Shown here piece after piece: positions 47,307 through 57,200 of a stretch of DNA of 64,000 nt; positions within the stretch are counted from its first letter, which is position 1; each line of letters begins with the position of its first letter. Position numbers and translations under genes: made by a program. The DNA comes from Planctomycetota bacterium. GTDB taxonomy: Bacteria > Planctomycetota > JAJSAM01. A model generated the notes under the pieces. The model searched no databases and was not told where the DNA came from. It saw only the letters and a program-made list of their open reading frames with translations. The DNA lies in the NCBI GenBank assembly GCA_024274785.1, contig JAJSAM010000036.1, positions 14,748 through 78,747 on the forward strand. The letters are read 5' to 3'.

Positions 47307-48359
47307 TTGCCCGGAGGTATCTCCTTGCCCCTCAACGATCTGGAAAGACTCGGACGACTTCTCGGCAGCAGTCCCGCCATCCGTTCGGTCTACGATCGAA
47401 TTCGCAAGGCGGCAGCCACCGATGTCACCGTCCTGATCACTGGTGAGAGCGGCACCGGAAAGGAACTCGCCGCCCGGGCCATCCGCGACCTTTCCAAGCG
47501 TGCCGAGGGGCCTTTTGTGCCGGTCAACACCGGCGCGATCCCGCCGGACCTGACGGCTTCGGAGCTTTTCGGCCACGAACCGGGCGCCTTCACCGGCGCC
47601 AACCACCGGCGGAAGGGCAAGTTCGAAGCCGCCCACCGGGGCACGCTCTTTCTCGACGAGATCGGCGCCACCGATCAGGCGACCCAGATCGCCCTGCTCC
47701 GCGCACTCGAGGATCGCAGCGTCACCCGCCTGGGTGGCCACGAAGCCATCCCGGTCGATGTACGCTTCATCGCCGCCACCAACCAGAGCCTGACGAAACT
47801 GATCAAGGAGAACCGGTTCCGCGAGGATCTCTACTACCGCCTCGACGTCTTTCAGATTCGCATGCCTCCCCTTCGGAACCGGGGCCGGGATATCGAACTG
47901 CTCGCGGAGGCTTTCCTGATCGAGACCGCATGGGAACTCGGCCGCGAGGTCGAGGCATTCGAACCGGAAGCACTCCTCTGCGTCAACGGCTACGGCTGGC
48001 CGGGAAACGTACGTGAGCTCCGGAACTGCATCCAGCGCGCAGTCGTGAACACCGACACGAAGCACATCCGCCGGGAGGACCTGCCGAGGCGTCTGCAGAA
48101 GGTCAGCCATTCCACGCGAGAGGTCCGGTTCAAGCTGAATCGCAAGCTCGGTGATATCGAGAAGGCCTACGTATCGCAGGTCCTCGAGGAGTTCGGCGGC
48201 AACAAGAAGGCCGCGGCCGAGGCCCTCGGAATCAGCCGGAAATCACTCTACGAGAAGCTCGCCCGATGGAAACTCCAGACGGGGGATGGCGACGTCTACT
48301 CTCTCGGCGACGAGGAAACGATGCCCATCACGCTCCCACCGACATCGGAGGAGGAGTGA
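47307..48359 (+). CDS. sigma54 enhancer-binding protein without an N-terminal regulatory domain (AAA+-HTH)
   Basis: GSSPAI begins near residue 20; GESGTGKE, GAFTGA, FLDEIG, WPGNVREL, GNKKAAAEALGISRKSL; start may be TTG 47325. Confidence 0.9.
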   Translation: MPGGISLPLNDLERLGRLLGSSPAIRSVYDRIRKAAATDVTVLITGESGTGKELAARAIRDLSKRAEGPFVPVNTGAIPPDLTASELFGHEPGAFTGANHRRKGKFEAAHRGTLFLDEIGATDQATQIALLRALEDRSVTRLGGHEAIPVDVRFIAATNQSLTKLIKENRFREDLYYRLDVFQIRMPPLRNRGRDIELLAEAFLIETAWELGREVEAFEPEALLCVNGYGWPGNVRELRNCIQRAVVNTDTKHIRREDLPRRLQKVSHSTREVRFKLNRKLGDIEKAYVSQVLEEFGGNKKAAAEALGISRKSLYEKLARWKLQTGDGDVYSLGDEETMPITLPPTSEEE

Positions 48360-48360
48360 G

Positions 48361-49164
48361 GTGGCGGACCGCGCTCTGGTGCTCTCCATCGCCGGTTCCG
48401 ACCCCAGCGGAGGCGCAGGCATCCAGGCCGACCTGAAGACCTTCCATGCCTTCGGTGTCTACGGCATGGCCGTCATCACCTCGCTGACCGCGCAGAACAC
48501 GCAAGCCGTCACCGGCATCCACGATGTGCCGCCGGAGTTCGTCGCGAAGCAGCTGAAGGCGATCTTCGACGACGTCAGGGTCGATGCGGCAAAGACCGGC
48601 ATGCTGAAGACTCCGGGCATCATCGAGGCCGTGGCGGGTGAACTCACTGATCGCCTTTCCGGGAGGATCGTGGTGGACCCGGTCATGGTCGCCACCTCCG
48701 GCGACCGTCTGATCGACGACGATGCCATCCTCGCCCTCAAAGTCCACCTCCTCCCCCTCGCCGCACTGACCACCCCGAACCGGGCCGAGGCGGAGGTGCT
48801 TTCCGAGCGAAAGATCCGGACGACGACCGACGCCGCCGCGGCCGGACAGGAGATCCTGGCCGATGGCTCGGGAGCGGTCCTGATCAAGGGGATCGAAGAC
48901 GGCGGCGACCTGGTGGACGTGCTCGTATCCGATGCCGGAGCGGAGGAGTTCCGGATGCCCCGGATCGAAACCGGCCCCACACATGGATCCGGTTGCACGC
49001 TCTCCTCCGCCATCGCCTCCGCCATCGCCCGCGGAGCTTCGCTGCCGGAGGCGGTGGAACGGGCCAAATCGTACGTCTGGAGGGCGATCGAACGGGCCTT
49101 TCCGGTCGGCCGGGGCAGCCTGCCCCTCTATCACTTCCCCATATCCGACGAGACAGAGTCGTGA
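48361..49164 (+). CDS. thiD: Hydroxymethylpyrimidine/phosphomethylpyrimidine kinase
   Basis: SIAGSDPSGGAGIQADLKT, TAQNT, KTGML, DPVMVATSG, TPN, THGSGC. Confidence 0.95.
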   Translation: MADRALVLSIAGSDPSGGAGIQADLKTFHAFGVYGMAVITSLTAQNTQAVTGIHDVPPEFVAKQLKAIFDDVRVDAAKTGMLKTPGIIEAVAGELTDRLSGRIVVDPVMVATSGDRLIDDDAILALKVHLLPLAALTTPNRAEAEVLSERKIRTTTDAAAAGQEILADGSGAVLIKGIEDGGDLVDVLVSDAGAEEFRMPRIETGPTHGSGCTLSSAIASAIARGASLPEAVERAKSYVWRAIERAFPVGRGSLPLYHFPISDETES

Positions 49165-50045
49165 GCCGCGGCGTGATCGGCCTGGTCGGTGCGGGCGCCG
49201 TGGGTCCGGCCATCGCGCTGCGGCTTTCCCGAGCCGGATGGACGATCGGAACCGTGGCCAGCCGACGCCGGGAGACGGCCGAGGTCGCCGCGAAGGCTCT
49301 CGATGCCGCTGCCGCGTCCACGGAGAACGCCGATGCCGCGGCCGGGGCCGACCTCCTGCTGCTCGCCGTCCCGGACCGTGCCATCGAAAGCGTCGCTGCC
49401 GAAATCGCCGCCGCGGGAGCACTCCGCGAGGGAGCCCTGGTCCTCCACTTTTCAGGCGCGAAGAGCTCGGTGGCCCTCCGCCCCCTCTCCGACGCCAGGG
49501 CTGTGGCGGGCTCCATCCACCCTCTGCAGTCTTTCGCGGACCCGCTCTCCGCCGTGGAGCGGCTCCCCTCTTCCTTCCTGTTCTACGAGGGAGAAGATCC
49601 GGAGAGAATTCGCGCGGTGGCCGAAGACCTCGGCGGCCGGCCGGTCCCCATCGATCCGGAAGGCAAGGTGCTCTACCACGCCGGGGCGGCGGCGGCCTGC
49701 AACCTGATGGTGGCGATGGTCGACCTCGGAGTCCGGCTCTTCGGGGAGGCGGGCATCGGCCCGGCGGACGCGCTCAAGGCCCTTCTTCCCCTGATCGACA
49801 GTACGACCCGCAACCTTCGGAAGGTGGGCCTGCCCGACGCCCTGACCGGACCGGTCGCGCGGGGTGATCTGGAGACGGTGGCCGGACACATCGAAGCGAT
49901 CAGGAGAAAGCGTCCGGATCTGCTCGTGGCCTACGCCGAGGCCAGCCGGCACGCCGTCCGCATCAGCCGGGAGAAAGGCAGCTTGACCAGGGAAGGAGCG
50001 GAAGAGCTTCGTCGGCTGCTCAGCGACCTTCCATCTCGCGAATAG
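49161..50045 (+). CDS. Rossmann-like + DUF2520 oxidoreductase
   Basis: GLVGAGAVG, LAVPD, HFSGA, HPLQSF, YHAGA..N, LTGPVARGD. Confidence 0.88.
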   Translation: MSRGVIGLVGAGAVGPAIALRLSRAGWTIGTVASRRRETAEVAAKALDAAAASTENADAAAGADLLLLAVPDRAIESVAAEIAAAGALREGALVLHFSGAKSSVALRPLSDARAVAGSIHPLQSFADPLSAVERLPSSFLFYEGEDPERIRAVAEDLGGRPVPIDPEGKVLYHAGAAAACNLMVAMVDLGVRLFGEAGIGPADALKALLPLIDSTTRNLRKVGLPDALTGPVARGDLETVAGHIEAIRRKRPDLLVAYAEASRHAVRISREKGSLTREGAEELRRLLSDLPSRE

Positions 50046-51180
50046 CCAGGTCGAGGCGCTGCCGGATCGTCTCATCCTTTTCCAGGTCGCGCCAGATCCG
50101 GACTTCTCCCACGATCCGGGGGTCCCGCCAGGTGGCCACCTGCATCGAGAGCATCTCCCGCTGCCGCTGGTCCTCCATCTCCGGCGCCAACCGCAGGAAA
50201 GCCTTGATCTTCCCTCGAGAGTTGTCCGGGTGGATCAGGCCGAGCAGTCCCAGCTTGTGGTCGTCGTCAGCGGCCCGGTATCGTTTGACGAACGCCTCCT
50301 CGGCCTTTCGACCGGGCATGCGCGCCAGGACCACCGTCGATGCCATCCGCAGCCGTGGGTCTTCCTCGCGAATCAACTGATCCACGAGGTTGTCGATCAC
50401 TATGACCTGCTCGGGATCGGGATCCGGTTCGGCGGGATAGAGACCGTCGAGTTCCGCGCGAAATCGGACCATGACCTCGGGTTCCTCTGTTTCCAGAGGA
50501 AATCGATGGCCACCGAGGATCTGGTACAGGGTGTCCCGGCGCGTAGCGTCCGGGGTGCTCGCCAGGAGGTCGGAAAACGCGGCGAGGGCCCGATCGTAGT
50601 CCAGATGCGCCAGAACCTGCAGCGAGGCTGCCGCAACCCCTTCGTCTCGCGTCTCCGAGTAGATCCGCCGCAGGACCGGGATGGACTCTTCCTGACCGTT
50701 GATCATCCCGGCGACTCCGGCGGTGCGCAGGGCATCACCGTACTGCCCCCCGGAAGCATCCTTCAGAGCATCGAAGGTGCCGTCGATCCGGCTCTGCCCG
50801 AGGGTGAGGAGGACCACGGCCTTCAGGTTGTCGTCATCCGAGTTCTCGAGGAGCTTCATCAGTTCCGCGACGCCTTCTTCGGTATCCCTGAGCCAGGCCA
50901 GGTCCTCCGGTGACACCGGCTCTCCGGTTCCCAGCATCGCCCGCACCAACGCCCGCATCAGCTCGGAAGCGCGGACCTCGAGCGGAACATCGCGGGGAAT
51001 CTCGGCTGGTTCGAGGGGCTCGTCCTTCTCCTTGACGGGAAGTTCCGGAACGTCCTCGCCGTCCACGACGCCCCCGATGACCGGGGGTGCGGCGGACGGA
51101 TCGCGGAAGAACTGAAACCAGGTCAGGACACTGAGCCCCGCAACCGCGGCGACGATGAGAATCAGCAGGCTTTTCGGCAT
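50020..51180 (-). CDS. Membrane-anchored HEAT-repeat protein
   Basis: N-terminal TM, Pro/Glu-rich linker, alpha-helical HEAT-like repeats. Confidence 0.65.
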   Translation of the reverse strand: MPKSLLILIVAAVAGLSVLTWFQFFRDPSAAPPVIGGVVDGEDVPELPVKEKDEPLEPAEIPRDVPLEVRASELMRALVRAMLGTGEPVSPEDLAWLRDTEEGVAELMKLLENSDDDNLKAVVLLTLGQSRIDGTFDALKDASGGQYGDALRTAGVAGMINGQEESIPVLRRIYSETRDEGVAAASLQVLAHLDYDRALAAFSDLLASTPDATRRDTLYQILGGHRFPLETEEPEVMVRFRAELDGLYPAEPDPDPEQVIVIDNLVDQLIREEDPRLRMASTVVLARMPGRKAEEAFVKRYRAADDDHKLGLLGLIHPDNSRGKIKAFLRLAPEMEDQRQREMLSMQVATWRDPRIVGEVRIWRDLEKDETIRQRLDLAIREMEGR

Positions 51181-51205
51181 GGTACGGATCTCTCGATTGA
51201 ATGAG

Positions 51206-51235
51206 ACGGGGCCGCGACAGGTGTCGCGGCCCCGT
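51206..51235. terminator. 14-bp stem-loop downstream of the giant lipoprotein gene
   Basis: ACGGGGCCGCGACA-GG-TGTCGCGGCCCCGT, followed by TTT on the plus strand. Confidence 0.7.
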
Positions 51236-51261
51236 TTTGCGTCCTTGTTGAAAACCAGCCC

Positions 51262-54200
51262 TTAGGAGTCGTACTCCCAGTGAACCGTGACGCTGTCGAT
51301 CTCGGGGTAGTCTCCGAGGACCGGCTTCAGGATCACCTTGAAGCGGAAGTACCGATACCCATTCAGAACCGAAGTCGTCGTACTGCTTCCGAGCTTGACC
51401 CACGCACTCGTATTCGAGTTGTCGGCCGCACCCGTCAGCGGGTCGGACTGGGCTCCCTGCAGGTAGAACTCGCTGATGGCGCCGTTGTCCACGGCTGTCC
51501 ACTTGAAGTTCTTCGGAGCGAGCGCCACGGAGTCGAAGAACTTCGACACCGCATCAGTGGACAGGGAAAGCCCGCCCGAACTGATGGAGCCGCCACCAAG
51601 CAGGAACTTGCTGGGATCGAGACTGATCACCGGCAACTTCGGAGCGCCGAGGGCGGCAGGCTGCGTGAACCGCATCGCGCCAGGCCCACCATCGCCACCA
51701 AGCGTTGCATTGGAGTACCAGGAGTAGGTGTAGATCTTGGTGAAACCACCCAGACCGCCACCGGTGTCGATCACCGGGCCGGCAAAGGTGATGCCCTTCG
51801 TGGCATGCACGAGGAGGTTTCCACCGGAACCAGCACCCCCCGCGCCCTCGTAGGCCGAGTTCGTGGAGTAGATGTGGCCTCCGCCGTCACCACCACCGAG
51901 CAACCAGGTTCCACCGACAGTCGCCGTACCGCCAGCGCAGATACCGACGCCACCGCCACCACCGCCACCACCGGCACCGGTGCCGTAGGGGTAGTTGTAG
52001 ACGTAGCTTCCGCTCTGGTACTTCCGGCCACCGACCGCGCCACCGGCGCCACCGGCGCCGCCGACCACGGTGTACGGGGTCTTGGTCGAGAGGTCGATCA
52101 GGTCCCCACTGGTGACCTGCGCCTTGCCCGGCGTACCGCCACCGTACGTGGAGTTGTAGTTGCTCCAGCCGCCCTTACCACCCGGGGACGCGCAGGTTCC
52201 ACCCGCGCCGGCGCCGGCGTAGTAGTAGTAGCGGTAGCGGCTGTAGGACTTGTAGTTGGCCTTGCCGCCGAGACCGGCGCCCTTGCCACCCACCTTGCCA
52301 TCCCAACCCGTACCCGCCTGGGCGGTCATGGGGCCGGTACTGTGACTGCTGTACCAGCCGTAGAAACTCTTCAGGGTCTTCTTGGAACCGTTGTTGCCAC
52401 CGGTACCGCCACCGGGTCCACCCGCGCCCCAGGTGGGGCCAGGCTTGTAGTACGAGTAGGTAATCTCGTACCAGAAGTACCAGGTGGACCGGTTGGACTG
52501 GTAGGTCTCGTACCCCTTACGCTCGGGATAGCGAGCCGCACTACCGCCCTCGGCCACGATCGTCCCCTTGATGTCCACATTGCCGGAGGCAATGATCTTC
52601 AGGGGCTTGGTGCCGGTAACCGTCATGACGGCGCCGGCCGCCAGGGTGAAGTTCTTCACCCGGAATTCGCCGGAGGTCTTGTCATAGATCCCGGTGAGGC
52701 CGGTGTCGGTGTTCACCTTGATGCTGGAGTTGATCGTCCAGTCCGTGGTGTAGTTTCCGCCGCAGACCACTTCACTGGTCCCCGTCGTCACGACACCGGA
52801 CTTCATCCACATGGTGACGCTCGTCGAAAGCTTGATCCGGCCACCACTGCCCGCGCCACCCTGGTTCGGGTAGCTGGTCGTGGGGCTGCCGGGGCCTCCG
52901 CCGCTTCCACCACTCACATCGATCGTGCCCTTGAAGTCAAAATCAGGAGCGGTCAGGTGTGCGGTTCCGCCGGAACCACCACCACCACCGCCACCGCCGT
53001 TGTAGCGGTTGCTGTTACCCCAGTAATAGTAGTAGTAACCGTTCCCACCGTTACCACCCTTGCAGTTGATCTTGCCGCTCGAACCGAGCGTGATCTTGCC
53101 GAGGGCGTACACGTTGAGTGCCGCTCCACCACCACCGCCGCTTCCACCGGAGACGCAGCCGGTCCAGCCGAACTTGGCCGTCACGTTTGCGCCCGCTCCG
53201 CCGCCGGCGCCAGCTTCAGCGCCCTTCGACAGTCCGGCGTCACCGAACGTTCCGCCGCCGGTTCCGGCCACGGGGCCCGCCGGCCTCCAGTAGGGGTAAC
53301 CCTTGCTGCCGGCCGTGCCGGTCGCACCGTGTCCGGCGCCGCCACCACCAGGCGTGATGACGTAGTAGGTCACGTAGGAAGCCAGGTACTTGCCCGTCGC
53401 GGCGCCACCACCGCCTCCGGTGAACCCGTAGGCGCTGCTTCCGCTGCTGCCCTTCACGAGCGAACTCTGACCGGAAGTGTACTTCCCGGTGCCTCCACCG
53501 TTTCCACCACCGGCAACGCCGGCTCCACCGTCCCGCATGTTCGTGCCGGACGTACTGGTGAAGCGCGTTCCGCTCAGGCCGTTCAGGCCCTGGCCACTGA
53601 TGGTCCCGTTGATCGTCATGGGACCCTGGACCCGAATGTTGATCGGGCGGGTTCCGCGCAGGCTGAGGGTGTGGCCCGAGGGGAGGTTGAAGCTGGTGAA
53701 ATTCCACTCGGTCTGTGTCGAGGAAGAGGTCAGCGTGGTGCCCGCAGTCAGGGCGCCGTCCGAACCGTCACCGTACTCGAAGAGTCCCATCAGGTAGCCG
53801 TTCACGGCGTTACCGTTGAAAGTGCCGTTCGCGGTTCCCCAGGCAGCCGTGGTTCCGGCCGTATCGAGGTAGGTGTTGGTGCTGAAGCCTTCCGTCTCAC
53901 TGTCGGCATTCGTGGCCGTCGAGGCGACCGTCTGGAAGTTCGGCATCACCTGCGCGCTCAGAGCGTTTCCGGCGAGGTCCGTTACCCCGGTCTTGACGAC
54001 GACGACGATCTTGCTGCCCGGGGGCAGGGTCATGTTCGAGGGCAGAGCGACGGAGAGGATTCCGTACTTCGCCAGCGAACCGCCCGTGCCGGTCAGGTCC
54101 ACCTTGTTCGACAGGAGAACCGTGCCCGGGATGACCGTCTTGACGCCCGTAAAGGTCTCCGCATACACCTCGAAACTGGCCGGGGTGATGCTGAGCGGGT

Positions 54201-57200
54201 CGAGACGTTCGTCGAACCGGAGTTCGACGGTCTTGGTGCCGACTGAAACATCGGTCGACGTGGTCGGAAGAGGCATGGACTCGTAACCCGGGTTGTCGCT
54301 CTCGACAAGAGCGCCGGTTCCGGTCTTGAAGGCCATGGCCTCGGAGCCGTCGGTCAGGATGTTCACCGCATTGGTGTCGTTCGCGGCAGCACCCTTCCGC
54401 TGGATGATGGCCCGCGACCGATCTTCGGGATCGTACGCCGGGATCTCCAGGGAGTAACCGGTGGTGTTCACGAGGACATCCGTGCGCGCGGGCTTTTCCT
54501 GAGCCTGAGGCCAGAAGTCGACGACCGTCCTGCCGCCGATTTCCTGGACGTGGTAGAAGCCCGCGATCTGAGAGCCGCCACCGTAAGGCTTCACGATCAG
54601 GGTGTTCTTGTTGATCGTGCTCTGGTCGGCCAGGCCGGTGAATTCGAACCGGATCGGCTCGTCGACCTTCACGCCGTTGAACATGTATGGCGCAGTGTTG
54701 TCACTGCCGTTGGTCGTCGGATACCAGTCGTCGATCCAGAGACCCTCGGGGTCGCGCTCGATCTCGAACGGGAAGTCCGTGGCATCGTGCGCCCTCTCCA
54801 TGCCGATACCGGAACTCTGGTCGGCGGCGTCAGCCGGGTTGTTGCCGGCGCCCTGGTCCGGGTAGTCGAAAGGCCGCCCGCGGATCAGGATGTCCGTCCG
54901 GGAGTACTTACCCGTAACCGGATCCTTTACCGGAGCGCCGAGGTCGTAGACCGAGTCCCAGATGAAGTGGTGCAGAACACCCCGCGGATAGCCGTTGGCA
55001 TCCGGGTTCCCGCTCGAAGCCGACGTGAGCGTGGTCTGGTCCTCGTACTGGTAGAGAACGCCGTTCAGCGTCACGTCGAGCGGGCTCTGGGTGGCGGTGA
55101 GCCACCGCTCGCTGCCCGGGATCAGGTCGCCCTGATCGTCGCGCTGCTCGATCACCTTGCCGTCGCCATCCGTGTCGACACCGTACTCCCACGCGATCCG
55201 GGCGAGGTCGTCAACGCCCGTACCGGCGGAGTCGGAGTCCTGGACGAAGAACGGAAGCACAATGTTGCCGTGAACGGAGCCGATACCGGAAATCTGCTGC
55301 TGCACCGGCTTCTGAATTCGGAGGATGACCGGAGCGTTCTTGGTCATGCCGAACCGGCTCGTCGAAGCCGTCTCCCCCTGGACCGCGCCATAGGCGATCA
55401 GCCGGAAGAAGACGTTGTCGTAGTCGCCCTTCGGGATGTCCAGGCTGGAGTTCCAGATGAACAGGTGCTCACCCTTGTCCGCACCGGACGTCGCGTCGGG
55501 GTTGTCGATAGGGTTGCTGCCGGAGTCCACCTCGTCCATGCGCGAGACGAGACCGGAGGTCCCCGAAGAGGCGTCGCCGAGAACGGTGTTCGCCTGCATC
55601 GTGGCGGGGAGCCACTTGCCGATGTCATCCTTGCGGGTGGTCAGCCAGTCGCCGCTCTTGGTGGCGTCGTTCGGGTTGTTGCTGTCCAGCACCTTGTACT
55701 GGGCAACGATCCGTCCCGCGTCACCTTCCGCGTCGACCAGCCTGTAGTAGATCCGGACACCGAACGCCCACGGTTCGGGCGTATTGGCGTCAGGACTGCG
55801 GATTTCAATCGCCGGAGCGGTGTTGAAGCCCTGGTCCGGAGCGAAGAGCTGCAGCGCAGACGTCGCGCCCGCCGGGGTGTCGCCACCGAACAGTGCGACG
55901 AACCCGTTGTTCAACAGGGTGGCCGCGGCCATCCGGTTCGGCGAAGGAAGCTCGCCGTTCGGAACATCGATGAACCTGCTGACTTCGCCCGCCGGCGTGT
56001 CCGTCATGCTCTCGTCGGCCGGCGTGTCCGGGTCGTCGTAAACCGCACGCGTCTGCGCCTCGAGAGCCAGGTTGTAAAGGTCGGCCGTGGCGCTGATGTC
56101 GTCACCATTGGTGTCCGTCTGGCCGCCGGCCATGAGAATGCGGCCGTCGCCCATCAGAATTCCGGTGTGGAAGGCGCGCGGCTCGACCATCTTCACCAGC
56201 GACAACATCCAGGTCCTGCTCGCCTGATCGAACACCTCGATGGTGTCCTTCGGCGGGCTGGCCATTCCACCGGCGGCAACCGCGGCGTACGTCCCGTCCA
56301 TGGTCGCCGAGAGGCTGAGACCGAAGCGGGCCTCGGCCATGTCGTTCGCGGCGTCCGTCGCCAGGAAGGTCTCGGTCAGGGCATCGAAGATCTCGATACT
56401 CTTCAGAGCGCCATTCTGATCACGGCCGCCGACCACCAGGACCAGGTCCGTCTCGTCCCGGCTGGCCTCGCCGATTTTCGTCTCGTCCGCCGGCAGAACC
56501 AGCGCACAGGCGTCGGCACGCGGGGAGATCATCTTCTTGTCGATGGCCCCCGGGTCGCCCGGATCCTCGACGAGAGTGAACTCCTGGGTAACCGGGTCGT
56601 AGATTTCAGCGGTGTCGAGGAACGAGGCCGCGTTGCCTGCCGCGTCCTCTACGCCACCGAGGATCAGCACCTTCCCGGAGCGGAGCAGCACCGCATTGTG
56701 GCCGGCCCGCGCTACGGTCATCGAGTTCGCGAGAGGCGTGAACCGGTTCGTCAGCGGGTCGTAGAGCTCCGCCGTGTCCCGCGGGTTCCCGTTCTCGTCG
56801 TATCCACCGGTGATCAGAACCATCGCCGGGGCGGGATCATCGTTCGGGTCCGACGGGTCCACCGCCAGAAGACGGGTCGCGGTGTGGTACGTGCGACCGT
56901 GCTCCAGGGTGTTCTTGGTCGGGCTGACGTTCCCGTATGGGTTCTGGTCGAGAACGTAGTAGACCACGCCGCCGTTCAGCCCCGACATGTCGCCGGTGGA
57001 ACTGCCCCCGGTCACCAGCACGTGGCCGGTGTCCAGGGTCGTCGCCACCGCGCCGACCCGGCCCTCGGGGAGGACCGCATGGGTCGTCGGAGCCATGAAC
57101 GTCGAGTAGTTATCGAGGCTCAGGTGCTCGGGAGCGTAAACCCAGTCACCCTGCTCCCGCTTTCCGTCGAGGGGACGGATACGGACGAGGACGGGGATCC

